From IMG/VR virus record IMGVR_UViG_3300027712_000017: a stretch of DNA of 64,000 nt, one strand, 5' to 3'. The stretch comes from a virus (lineage: Duplodnaviria; Heunggongvirae; Uroviricota; Caudoviricetes). The notes under the pieces are model-generated. The model did not search any database, was not told where the DNA came from, and saw nothing but the letters and a program-made list of their open reading frames with translations. Shown here in pieces: positions 26,918 to 36,750 of this stretch. Positions within the stretch are counted from its first letter, which is position 1; each line of letters begins with the position of its first letter. The position numbers were made by a program, and so were the translations under genes.

Positions 26918-29746
26918 ATGAATAGTATAATTTTTAATTTCGCGCAATCATTTTTAATTGATCCTGCGTCAGTGAAGGGTGCTAAAACAGTTGATGTTTC
27001 TTCTGTTGATTTATATTTCAAAAATAAGCCTACTGCAACCGGAAATAAATCAGGGATAAACAATCCCGGTGCTTATATTTTCTTGTGCGAATTAAACGCT
27101 GATGGTGTTCCTAATATAATTCCATTTGTTAATGGATCGCATTTGCCTGAAGCAAGAGCTGAATATGTTGAAATTAAAGCTACATATGATGCAAGTTTGC
27201 CAACTAAATTCAAATTTAAAACACCTATTAAAGTTCCTACAGGAATCAATTATGCTATTGTAGGTATTTTTGACGGCAATGAAGCATTTACTTTATGGAG
27301 CAGCACAATTGGCGAGAATCTAGTGGGGACGAACACACCCTCAACCGGTTCTAGTGGAAAATACGTTGGAAATTATTTTAGTAGCTTGACTATTTCGCAA
27401 CAACCTTCAATCACCGATCCTAATGCAACACTGCCATTGACTGTTATTCCTACATGGAAACCATCAACGACTACTGATTTGAAATTCAATTTGAATATTG
27501 CAAGATATGCAGTAGACGGTGTTCCTGTCGGGCATAGTTCAATTCAGTCGGGTCTTCCTCCTTCAGCAATTACATATACTTCACCATTGAGTGAAAGAGA
27601 CCAGATAACATATACGACTGATGGAGTGACATTCAAAGTCTCGCCCACACCTTATGAATTTATCACATTTGATAGAAAAAATAGCGTTGTGACAGATAAT
27701 GTATTTGGTGGCGAATATGTGTATCAAAACACTGTATTCTATCCGGGCGGCAGCGGAACGGCTAATATCCAACAAGGGATAGCTGTTGCGACTGTTGCAG
27801 GAAACAATTTGATTACTGCAAATACGAATTATCCTAATGGCGCATTATTTAACTGGTCAAGTGTATATGGATCAATTACTGGAAATGAATATATTGTTAT
27901 TGTTAGTTTAAATGGTACAACAGGAAGAAAAACTGATATTAGAAAAATTGTTACTCAAATTTCTAACACAGTAATTCAGGTTGATGCTGCTTGTGGTTTC
28001 ACAAATTCTGCAGCATATTTTATAAAATCACCTGTTGCAAAAATCGACTTCATCGACAAAGTAAAAACTTTCGATGTGAAAGCAGATACTATGTTTGGAA
28101 GAAGAGCAAAGGTTATAAAAGATCTATTAGTATTGTCTGACTCAAATGCGAATAGCACAGTTAAATTTGTCAACAACACTATAAATTCTATATCAATTAC
28201 TGCCGGCGGTTCAAATTACACTAATTCAGATTACGTTATAGTAAATGGATTTGAAAACGGTGTTGACGTTGCTGCAGGTTATGCTGCTAAAGCAAATATT
28301 GTAGCTAATACATCAACTGGCGCAATTGAACAGATATACTTGTCTAACGTTGGTGCAGGTTTCTCTGATGTTGCAAATATCACATACACAATAACAAGAA
28401 CCACGGGAACAACAGTAGGAACAAGTGCAACATTCTCAGTGACTACAGGAACTGTTTTGCGTTCTGAATATGACGGTCGTGGAACTTTGGATGACGCAAC
28501 ATGGGGACTTGGTGGCAGATTCAATGATTGTAATATCATTAATTTGGAGTTTTATGATTTTGCACCTAAGTCATTGATACAAACTGAATCTAGTTCAATT
28601 TATAATATGACTCATTCGATTCCATATTACGCACGCTATTCTGATTCTACATACTCTGGTGTTGCATATAGAATGGCAAGTAACGATACTATTTTAACAG
28701 CAGAAGTTACGAATCTATCTAATACATCTATCATAAGCAAAAACACTCCAATAATTGCATCAAAGTCTAACGAATACGCAATTATTCAAGATGGCGCAGG
28801 TGCTCCCACTGGTGTTCATTCCGGCGCGGGCTACACAAACATTGTTGCATCTTCGAACAACGATTTTGTTGGTGTTACAGTAAAAGATTTCTCTACAACG
28901 TTTAGTAGATATAATATCAATAGTGATTATTCTGCTGAAAACGGAGATTATGGCAATGCAGCATCAAAACATATAACTAAAAAAATAACTTTTGCACAAG
29001 ATAAAAAAGCAGAAGATTTATTAGTATATTTGTCAGCATATAAACCTTTGAACACTGATATTAAAGTTTTTGCTAGACTGTATAATTCAAATGATCCTGA
29101 AGCATTCGATGATAAAGATTGGACATTGTTGGAATTGTTGGATCCTGTTGCTCCTAAATTCAGTAGTTCAACAAATTCAAATGATTTCTTTGAAATGCAA
29201 TTCGGTTTGCCAGATTCACCCAATACTGCTATCCTCAATGGCGCATCATGGATATATGCAGGGCAAATTAACGTAGAAAACACATCAACAATGAATGTGA
29301 TTGGAACCGGCACAACGTTTTCAACTAATGCAACTAGCAATGTTCAAATCAATGATTTGGTTAAAATTTATTCACCATTGTTCCCGACAAATTATGCTAT
29401 AGCAGTTGTAACAGATGTGCCATCAGATACTAGAGTTGTTATTTCTTCTCCAGTCGGCACAACAGGTCCGACAGGAACCGGATTGAGCATGGCGTTGTTA
29501 GGTCGTGTGGGCAATTCATCATTAGCTTCTGTGAGTTATCCATTGCAAGCATTTAATAATAGAAATAACGGAAATGTCGCAAGATATTACAGTCATTCTA
29601 TGATTGAATATGATACATTCGATACCATGCAATTAAAAGTTGTATTCCTGGCAGATACTGGATTGGTTAGCAGCACAACTTCAAATTTAATTCCTACATC
29701 AATTCCACGCATTGATGATATTAGAGCGGTGGGTGTGTCAGCATGA
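26918..29746 (+). CDS. 942-aa structural protein resembling the VrlC C-terminal region
   Basis: FAQSFLID...VSSVDLYFKNKP near the N-terminus; SKHITKKITFAQD...EDLLVYLSAYKP and C-terminal IPRIDDIRAV. Confidence 0.75.
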   Translation: MNSIIFNFAQSFLIDPASVKGAKTVDVSSVDLYFKNKPTATGNKSGINNPGAYIFLCELNADGVPNIIPFVNGSHLPEARAEYVEIKATYDASLPTKFKFKTPIKVPTGINYAIVGIFDGNEAFTLWSSTIGENLVGTNTPSTGSSGKYVGNYFSSLTISQQPSITDPNATLPLTVIPTWKPSTTTDLKFNLNIARYAVDGVPVGHSSIQSGLPPSAITYTSPLSERDQITYTTDGVTFKVSPTPYEFITFDRKNSVVTDNVFGGEYVYQNTVFYPGGSGTANIQQGIAVATVAGNNLITANTNYPNGALFNWSSVYGSITGNEYIVIVSLNGTTGRKTDIRKIVTQISNTVIQVDAACGFTNSAAYFIKSPVAKIDFIDKVKTFDVKADTMFGRRAKVIKDLLVLSDSNANSTVKFVNNTINSISITAGGSNYTNSDYVIVNGFENGVDVAAGYAAKANIVANTSTGAIEQIYLSNVGAGFSDVANITYTITRTTGTTVGTSATFSVTTGTVLRSEYDGRGTLDDATWGLGGRFNDCNIINLEFYDFAPKSLIQTESSSIYNMTHSIPYYARYSDSTYSGVAYRMASNDTILTAEVTNLSNTSIISKNTPIIASKSNEYAIIQDGAGAPTGVHSGAGYTNIVASSNNDFVGVTVKDFSTTFSRYNINSDYSAENGDYGNAASKHITKKITFAQDKKAEDLLVYLSAYKPLNTDIKVFARLYNSNDPEAFDDKDWTLLELLDPVAPKFSSSTNSNDFFEMQFGLPDSPNTAILNGASWIYAGQINVENTSTMNVIGTGTTFSTNATSNVQINDLVKIYSPLFPTNYAIAVVTDVPSDTRVVISSPVGTTGPTGTGLSMALLGRVGNSSLASVSYPLQAFNNRNNGNVARYYSHSMIEYDTFDTMQLKVVFLADTGLVSSTTSNLIPTSIPRIDDIRAVGVSA

Positions 29747-29970
29747 AGCTAGCAAAAACAGATGCTGATGGTTATTATAAAAATATTGAGACTAATACAG
29801 TCATAAATAATAACAATAATGATTATGCAAATTTCATTCAAAATCGTGAAAGAATAAAACAAATGCAAGGTTTGCAAAACGATATTGAAATTTTAAAAAA
29901 TGAATGTAGAGAATTAAGAGAAATCTTTAAAGAAATAAGCGAGAGATTTAATGTCAAGACAAATCAGTAA
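29743..29970 (+). CDS. Small coiled-coil protein
   Basis: Overlaps the upstream stop; heptad pattern LQNDIEILKNECRELREIF. Confidence 0.7.
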   Translation: MKLAKTDADGYYKNIETNTVINNNNNDYANFIQNRERIKQMQGLQNDIEILKNECRELREIFKEISERFNVKTNQ

Positions 29971-30565
29971 TGTAGAAGTTGCATCAGATACATTCGACTC
30001 ATGGCGTATTAAAACTAACCAGATGGCAAATGCTTTCGGGGATACTGTCACGCTCATTAGAAACTCTACAGGTGAAGCGACTACCGGTAACGGGTTTGTA
30101 GTTGGTATTCTAGGTGCAAACACTTTAGCAACAACTGAATTACGCGGCGGCAACGTTGCAACTACAACATTACTGACTGTTACTTCAAATATTGCAACAG
30201 GCAATACTTCATCTCAAATTTACGTTTCACATAACGATATTACACAAGTTAGAAGTTCATCAAACACGACTACAAATACGGATGTGCAAATCGTTGATAC
30301 ATTTAGCACATTGACATATAGAAGTGGCAAATATATGTTGTCATTGAAAAATCCAACAAACAGCAAATATCAATATACTGAAATTGCGATTCTACATGAT
30401 GGCGGAAATACATATACCACCGAATACGCAAGTTTAATTTCTAATGGAACTATTGGTCAATTCACGTCTAATGTCGATACAGGTTCTAATACTTTTAGAT
30501 TATGGTTGACACCCACATATTCAGATACTGTGGTTAAATATCAAAGAACTCTATTGGCGGTGTAA
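29951..30565 (+). CDS. Fibre/structural protein, 204 aa
   Basis: N-terminal DTFDSWRIKTNQM; C-terminal DTFSTLTYRSGKY...EIAILHDG...TEYA domain typical of T4-like fibre genes. Confidence 0.7.
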   Translation: MSRQISNVEVASDTFDSWRIKTNQMANAFGDTVTLIRNSTGEATTGNGFVVGILGANTLATTELRGGNVATTTLLTVTSNIATGNTSSQIYVSHNDITQVRSSSNTTTNTDVQIVDTFSTLTYRSGKYMLSLKNPTNSKYQYTEIAILHDGGNTYTTEYASLISNGTIGQFTSNVDTGSNTFRLWLTPTYSDTVVKYQRTLLAV

Positions 30566-30566
30566 C

Positions 30567-30893
30567 ATGGCACTCAAAGCAAACATAGTAATAGATCAAG
30601 GAACAACATTTGCCTCTAGTATTTCTATATTAGATGAAAATGAAGAACCTATTGACATGACATACTATACATCTCGCGGTCAAATAAGAAAAACATACAC
30701 CAGCAGCAATGCAGTTAATTTCACAACTGCGTTAGCAAACGGTGTTCTTGTTTTATCGTTGACCGCAACTCAAACTGCAAATATTGTTGCAGGAAGGTAT
30801 GTATATGATGTTGAATTGATTGACGGTTCAAACACAGTAGTAAGAATACTTGAAGGTATTGTCACGATAACTCCAGAAGTCACTAGAGTATGA
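30567..30893 (+). CDS. Ig-like (BppU-type) structural adaptor
   Basis: NIVIDQGTTF...RGQIRK...LSLTATQT...GRYVYDVE...RILEGIVTITPEVT. Confidence 0.7.
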   Translation: MALKANIVIDQGTTFASSISILDENEEPIDMTYYTSRGQIRKTYTSSNAVNFTTALANGVLVLSLTATQTANIVAGRYVYDVELIDGSNTVVRILEGIVTITPEVTRV

Positions 30894-31312
30894 CAAATTA
30901 TATTATAAAATTGAAACCTAATACATCAGGAATAATTGTTAAAGCTAGTTTTTCAACAACTTCAAATCCGACTTCAGAAATTTCTATTAAAAATCAAGTA
31001 TTGAAAGTTACCGGAAATACAACTACTATCTCTGGGTCTAATATGTTTGTATCACCTAACACTCACACGACAGGTATTGTCATTCAGCCGCACTTAAATG
31101 CTACACCAAATCCCAATTCGACTGTAACAATAAAAAATCAAGTATTGACTGTAAGCACCCCTGGTCGTCTCGATCACTTACAAGATGTGGTTGAAGGTGT
31201 GGACCCAACTGCAGGGATGACCCTCGTTTATCATCCGGATAATGATAAATACAAAGTAGAGAGATTACAGATTGCGGACGTTGATGGGCCACTTGATGGT
31301 GGGAATTTTTAA
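30890..31312 (+). CDS. Structural protein with a two-copy internal repeat and a C-terminal DGGNF
   Basis: NPTSEISIKNQVLKV and NPNSTVTIKNQVLTV repeats; aaaaatcaagtattga occurs twice. Confidence 0.65.
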   Translation: MTNYIIKLKPNTSGIIVKASFSTTSNPTSEISIKNQVLKVTGNTTTISGSNMFVSPNTHTTGIVIQPHLNATPNPNSTVTIKNQVLTVSTPGRLDHLQDVVEGVDPTAGMTLVYHPDNDKYKVERLQIADVDGPLDGGNF

Positions 31313-31353
31313 CATGAGTTTGTCCTTCTAAGTTTACATATAAGGGAATAATC

Positions 31354-33978
31354 ATGGCTAATAACCTAATTCAAATTAAAAGATCGCTAAACACTGCAAA
31401 TGCTACAGGTTTAGCAAACGGTGAATTGGCGTTCACTTCAAATGGCGACGTTTTATGGATTGGCGCAAATGGCGCAATACTTCCTATTGCAGGTAAAAGA
31501 GTTCCGGGAACTTTAACCGCCAACCAAGCATTGGTTGCAAACGCAACATCAGGTATTGACAAAGTAATTGCCGCAAACCTTGTTCCTCAAGTCATATCAG
31601 CTAACGGCTCATTCGGCGGTGCTGGCCATGTTCTGAAATCTTCGGGTTCAGGCACAGCAAACGTTTATTGGGAAGCTGTTACTACATCTGCTGGTGTTGC
31701 GGGTTCAAACGGTCAAATTCAATATAATGACGGCGGTTCTACACTTGCAGGTTCTGTCGGTTTTACTTACGACAAAGTTACAAATAACGTAGCAATTGCG
31801 AACACATTGCATATACCTGCAAACGGCGCATATGGTAATGCTACCACAGGCGGTTCACTTGTAAACTCAACAGCGTTTGCTACAGGTAACTCAACTGTAA
31901 ACGCGACTCATACTTCTTCATTAGTTCAAGTAACAAATAGCACAGGCACTGCTAACTTGACGGCAATTGCATTGACTGTTGGCACATCTGTTGTCAATAC
32001 CACAGTTCTTGCTGCTGGTGCAAACGTCATTGCAAATACAATTTCATTCTTTGTTGGAAACTCTGTAGCAAATGCTGTTATTGCTTCAACACTCATTAAA
32101 ATAACAAACAGCACATCAACTGCTAACCTATCCCCAGTCGATCTTGTAATCAATACTTCGGTAGTTAACTCATCAGTTATCGCTGCGGGTGCAAACGTTA
32201 TAGTTAGCACTTCATCTGTGTTTGTTGGAAACTCAACAGTAAACGCAACTCAAACATCGTCACTCCTACAAGTATCAAACACTACAAACACTGCTAACTT
32301 GACAGCAATTGATCTAAAGATCGGTGCTACAGTTGTTAACACTACAGCGGTTGCAGTGGGAGCTAACGTAATTGCCAATACTACTGCGTTGTATATCGGA
32401 AATAGCACAGTAAACGCTGTCACTACATCAACAGTAGTTCAAATATCAAACAGCACGGGTATTGCTAATTTAACACCGATTGATTTGAAGATCGGCGGCT
32501 ATGGTTCAGCAACAAGTGGATTTGTAAGTAATACTATCGCAGTTGCAGTCGGCAACAGTACAGTAAATACAATTGCTACAGCAACTCTAATCCAATTATC
32601 AAATAGCACAACTATCGCTAACCTATCTTCAATTGATTTGAAGTTGGGCGGATACGGCAACACAACCACTGGCGGTTCGGTTACAAATACTATCATTTTT
32701 GCAGTCGGCAATAGCACAGTTAACGCAATTATCAACCCTGCTTCTATTACAGTCGGCGCAAACATAACTGTGAACGCAACCACATTCTTTGTGGGTAACT
32801 CAACTGCAAACGCTAGCGCGACCTCACTTCTTATTCAGGTCTCAAACAGCACAGCAATTGCTAACTTGACTCCACTCGCATTAACTGTAGGAACATCAGT
32901 TGTCAACACAACTGTGCTTGCAGCCGGTGCTAACGTAATTGCAAACACAACTGCATTGTTCGTGGGTAACTCAACAGTTAACGCCATCGCAACATCACTA
33001 CAATTGCAAGTTTCAAACAGCACAGCAATTGCCAACCTAACTGCAATTGACTTGAAATTTGGCGGTTATGGTAACGCAACTACTGGCGGTACTGTCACTA
33101 ATAACGTTATCTACGCAGTAGGTAACAGCAGCGTTAACACAAACATTAACCCTGCTTCTGTGACTGTCGGCGCAAACGCATCTTTAAATACCACAGCTAT
33201 TAAAATTGGCAACACAACTATCAATACCGTCATATCATCAGCTAATGCTATATTTGGCGGTTCGATTGCTGTTAATGGTAGTATAGGTACTGCTGGTTAT
33301 GTTCTAGTATCAGGTGCCGGCACAAACGCATACTGGTCAAATACTTTACCCGGTTTGTTCTATTTCACTGATGTGACTGTCTCAGGTAACTTGACTGTTC
33401 TTGGTGATTTTGTATCATTGAACGTTTCTTCATTGTCAATTGAAGATCCATTGATTGTTCTTGCAAAAGATCAAGCAGCAGGTTTGACATATACTGACGC
33501 AGTAGACATCGGATTTATTGCACCTTATGGTAATACGACAACTGCTAACTCAAACTGGACTGGTTTCTTCCGTGATCAGAGTGATAGCGGGGTGTATAAG
33601 CTATTCTCAGGTAACATACCAACACCAACAACTACAGTTGACACAACTAATACTAACTTCACTTTTGCGACATTGCAAGCCCAACTGAAAACAGGCGGTG
33701 CAGGTGCTGGCGGATTTATTTCAAACGCTACGACTATTGCAATCACTGCAAACTCAACACTAAACGTTGCTATTGTTGCAAACACATTGACACTTTCTAC
33801 TGCACTAGTTGCGACTAGCGGCGGCACAGGACAAAGCGTTTACGCTAATGGTGATATTCTAGTTGGTAACTCATCAAACTTTTTGAATAAATTAGCAGCA
33901 GGTTCTGATGGCTATGTGTTACAAATTAATGGAACTGGCATTGTTGCGTGGAATACATTGGACGGCGGGACTTTTTAA
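31354..33978 (+). CDS. Tail fibre protein, 874 aa, with N-X-S/T-rich repeats
   Basis: N-terminal IQIKRS...GELA fibre anchor motif; repeated VGNSTVNA...QVSNST.IANLT.IDLK.G; ends LDGGTF. Confidence 0.8.
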   Translation: MANNLIQIKRSLNTANATGLANGELAFTSNGDVLWIGANGAILPIAGKRVPGTLTANQALVANATSGIDKVIAANLVPQVISANGSFGGAGHVLKSSGSGTANVYWEAVTTSAGVAGSNGQIQYNDGGSTLAGSVGFTYDKVTNNVAIANTLHIPANGAYGNATTGGSLVNSTAFATGNSTVNATHTSSLVQVTNSTGTANLTAIALTVGTSVVNTTVLAAGANVIANTISFFVGNSVANAVIASTLIKITNSTSTANLSPVDLVINTSVVNSSVIAAGANVIVSTSSVFVGNSTVNATQTSSLLQVSNTTNTANLTAIDLKIGATVVNTTAVAVGANVIANTTALYIGNSTVNAVTTSTVVQISNSTGIANLTPIDLKIGGYGSATSGFVSNTIAVAVGNSTVNTIATATLIQLSNSTTIANLSSIDLKLGGYGNTTTGGSVTNTIIFAVGNSTVNAIINPASITVGANITVNATTFFVGNSTANASATSLLIQVSNSTAIANLTPLALTVGTSVVNTTVLAAGANVIANTTALFVGNSTVNAIATSLQLQVSNSTAIANLTAIDLKFGGYGNATTGGTVTNNVIYAVGNSSVNTNINPASVTVGANASLNTTAIKIGNTTINTVISSANAIFGGSIAVNGSIGTAGYVLVSGAGTNAYWSNTLPGLFYFTDVTVSGNLTVLGDFVSLNVSSLSIEDPLIVLAKDQAAGLTYTDAVDIGFIAPYGNTTTANSNWTGFFRDQSDSGVYKLFSGNIPTPTTTVDTTNTNFTFATLQAQLKTGGAGAGGFISNATTIAITANSTLNVAIVANTLTLSTALVATSGGTGQSVYANGDILVGNSSNFLNKLAAGSDGYVLQINGTGIVAWNTLDGGTF

Positions 33979-33990
33979 ACACACGCTATG

Positions 33991-33998
33991 TATAAATA
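33991..33998 (+). promoter_or_regulatory. T4 late promoter for the homing endonuclease
   Basis: Exact TATAAATA 31 nt upstream of the TTG start. Confidence 0.75.
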
Positions 33999-34029
33999 CT
34001 CTAGAGATAATATCAAAGGAGTATTTAAT

Positions 34030-34662
34030 TTGCAAAAATTTGGGTTCATATATTTGTGGTTTGATAAAAGATATAATAGATTTTATATCGGTAGGCATTG
34101 GGGAACTGAACTAGACGGATATATTTGTTCTTCTACTGTTATGAGAGAAGCACACAGAAGAAGACCATACGACTTCAAAAGACGTATATTAAAAAGAATA
34201 TACACTAATAACGAAGATCTAGTGATTGAAGAACAACGATGGCTTGATATGATTGATCCTATTGAGTGTGGTAATAAATACTACAACAAGACATTGAAAT
34301 CTAATACACCATCAACTAGAGGATATAAACATACCGAAGAAACTATTGAAAAAATAAAAATAGGTAATCAAGGTAAAACTATATCTGATGAAACAAAAGA
34401 TAAAATTCGCTTAGCTAATAAAATTCAATTTGAAGATCTAACCCAACGTGAAATAAGAAAACAAAAAAGCAATAATTTATGGGCAGATGATAAATATCGA
34501 CAGAGACAAATAGATGCTCATACGGGAAAAGTAAATGGTCCGCATTCTGATGAAACAAAAGATAAAATAAGAGAAAAAATGTTGGGTCGTAAATTTTCTC
34601 CTGAAACAATTGAAAAAATGAGAATGTCAGCGAAAAATAGGAAATGTAAAAATGGAAATTGA
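34030..34662 (+). mobile_element. Free-standing GIY-YIG (Seg-like) homing endonuclease gene with NUMOD3-like repeats
   Basis: FGFIYLW...FYIGRH...YICSS, EQRWL and YYNK motifs; repeats HTEETIEKIK, ISDETKDKIR, HSDETKDKIR and FSPETIEKMR. Likely start is TTG 34030 after AAGGAG. Confidence 0.88.
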
Positions 34663-34861
34663 TTTCGTTAATGCGTATATAGAACGTATGATACAAGAAA
34701 TTGTGGAGCTTACTAAAAATAGGCTCCTCAATGAAGCTAGATTATCATACATAGAATCAGTGAATAAAAAACTGATGTTGAAAATAGAAGAATTAGAATC
34801 ACAGATAGAAAAGCAAAATAAACGAAAAGCAAAGGAAGTAAATACTTCTGAAGTGATTTGA
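34652..34861 (+). CDS. Small coiled-coil protein (possible fibre chaperone)
   Basis: 69-aa ORF with a heptad pattern, located in the fibre cluster. Confidence 0.65.
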   Translation: MEIDFVNAYIERMIQEIVELTKNRLLNEARLSYIESVNKKLMLKIEELESQIEKQNKRKAKEVNTSEVI

Positions 34862-34900
34862 TACCTCGGTATATACCGATTGAATTAAGGAGTGCCAATA

Positions 34901-36748
34901 TTGGCCAATAACAGAATCGTCGTAAAGCGGACAAGTACTGCTGGTCGCACCCCAAACACCACAGCACCAGCAAACCTGCAATATATTGCTGCGGGTGAAT
35001 TGGCGCTGAATATGGTCGACAAGACGTTCTTTACGTCTGACGGCACAAACTTAATTTATGTTGGTGCTAACGTCAATTCTCTTTACGTTAGCACCAATAC
35101 TGCTACAATTGGCACTGCAGGGTATTTTGTATCTAATGGATACGTTGGTATTGGCACAGCTTCTCCGACACAAAAATTAGATGTGAGCGCAAGTGGCGTT
35201 CAAACTGTCCGTGTAGCCACAACCGATACATCAGGAACTAATGTTGCGAGGTTTACAGCTCAATATACTGGTGGCGGGGGTGGAACTGCATCGGCTATTG
35301 ATTTAAGAGCTGGTGATGGCTATACTTATTTAGATACACAAACCAATACTCCTATGCTTTTTGGTACTAATGATATAGAAAAAATGCGTATTGCTGCTAA
35401 CGGTAACGTGGGTATCGGCACGACTGCTCCGGGTGCACTACTCACAGTTGATGGCGGTATTATGTCGTTCACTAATTATAGCGGAACTTCACAAATGAGG
35501 TTCCAATATGCTGCAGGAACAAAAGCATCACCTACAGCAGTTTCTACACAATCATTCCTTGGAGCTATGTATGGACTGGCATATGACGGTACTACATACC
35601 GAAATGCAGGTCATGTCGGTGTATATTCTGACGCTGCCGTTAACGCTACATCAAGTCCTGGGTTTCTTCTTTTTGCAACCACACCTATTGATACAGTCGC
35701 CTCAACAGAGAAAATGCGTATTACATCTAATGGGTATGTCGGAATTGGGTTTACAGTCCCGAGTTATAAGTTTTCAGTTTCGGGTGACACTTATGCATCA
35801 GGAAACTCAATTGTTGTGGGCACAGTTAACGCTGCATCATACACTGTTGGAACTGCGTTTACTGCAAACTCAACAGTCGTTAATGCCGTTGCGTATTACT
35901 CAGGAACATTATTGGTTGCTAATACTAGTGTAATAAACGCAACACACTTGGGTGGCACTATTGCTTCTGGGTATCAAACAACTGCAGGACTTTCTGCTAA
36001 CGTTGCAACATTAACAGCAAATAATGCCAATAATTTAGGTACTGTTGCTGCTGCCAATTATGTTCAAAACACTGATTCTAGAACCTTATCGGGTAACCTA
36101 GTTATATCTGGCACATATTTTAACCCATCTGCAAACACAATTCTATTAGGTAATTCAACACAGCGATGGGTATTGTCAGCAAATACTGGTGATTTTAGTG
36201 GCAACGTAAACGTCACAGGAAACGTGACTGCATCATTATTTGTAGGTAATTTATCAGGTTCATATGCAAACCTAACAGGTCAAGTAAACGCAGCGTCACT
36301 TTTACTGAGCACTAATACTGCTACAATAGGCACAGGTTCTTACTTTGTATCTAATGGCAACGTAGGTGTTGGCACTAATGTGCCGTCATATAAACTACAA
36401 GTCAATGGTTCATTCGCTGCAACAACCAAGTCGTTTATTATTGATCATCCAACCAAACTTGATATGAAACTTCGTTACGGATCACTTGAAGGTCCTGAAA
36501 ATGGCGTATATGTTCGTGGTCGCACTACAAGTTCTGTCATAACGCTTCCTGATCACTGGGAAGGATTGGTCGATCCTGGGTCAATCACAGTATCATTGAC
36601 ACCTATTGGTAAATCAATTATGCCATCAGTATTCAGTTATAACAACAAGAAAGTAGTGCTTGATGTTGCTAATAACGTTACAGTGGATTGCTTCTATCAT
36701 GTGTTCGGTGAGCGTAAAGATGTTGATAAACTTGTCGTGGAGTTTTAA
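34901..36748 (+). CDS. Tail fibre protein with a putative C-terminal chaperone-like domain
   Basis: TTG start after AAGGAG gives MANNRIVVKR...GELALN. Contains EKMRI..NG.VGIG repeats. C-terminus is KSFIIDHP...LRYGSLEGPENGVYVRG...LTPIG. Confidence 0.8.
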   Translation: MANNRIVVKRTSTAGRTPNTTAPANLQYIAAGELALNMVDKTFFTSDGTNLIYVGANVNSLYVSTNTATIGTAGYFVSNGYVGIGTASPTQKLDVSASGVQTVRVATTDTSGTNVARFTAQYTGGGGGTASAIDLRAGDGYTYLDTQTNTPMLFGTNDIEKMRIAANGNVGIGTTAPGALLTVDGGIMSFTNYSGTSQMRFQYAAGTKASPTAVSTQSFLGAMYGLAYDGTTYRNAGHVGVYSDAAVNATSSPGFLLFATTPIDTVASTEKMRITSNGYVGIGFTVPSYKFSVSGDTYASGNSIVVGTVNAASYTVGTAFTANSTVVNAVAYYSGTLLVANTSVINATHLGGTIASGYQTTAGLSANVATLTANNANNLGTVAAANYVQNTDSRTLSGNLVISGTYFNPSANTILLGNSTQRWVLSANTGDFSGNVNVTGNVTASLFVGNLSGSYANLTGQVNAASLLLSTNTATIGTGSYFVSNGNVGVGTNVPSYKLQVNGSFAATTKSFIIDHPTKLDMKLRYGSLEGPENGVYVRGRTTSSVITLPDHWEGLVDPGSITVSLTPIGKSIMPSVFSYNNKKVVLDVANNVTVDCFYHVFGERKDVDKLVVEF

Positions 36749-36750
36749 TT

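Noticed and set aside
33988-34029. ATG 33988 as the start of the endonuclease
   Set aside because: It lies upstream of the late promoter and lacks an SD; TTG 34030 follows AAGGAG.
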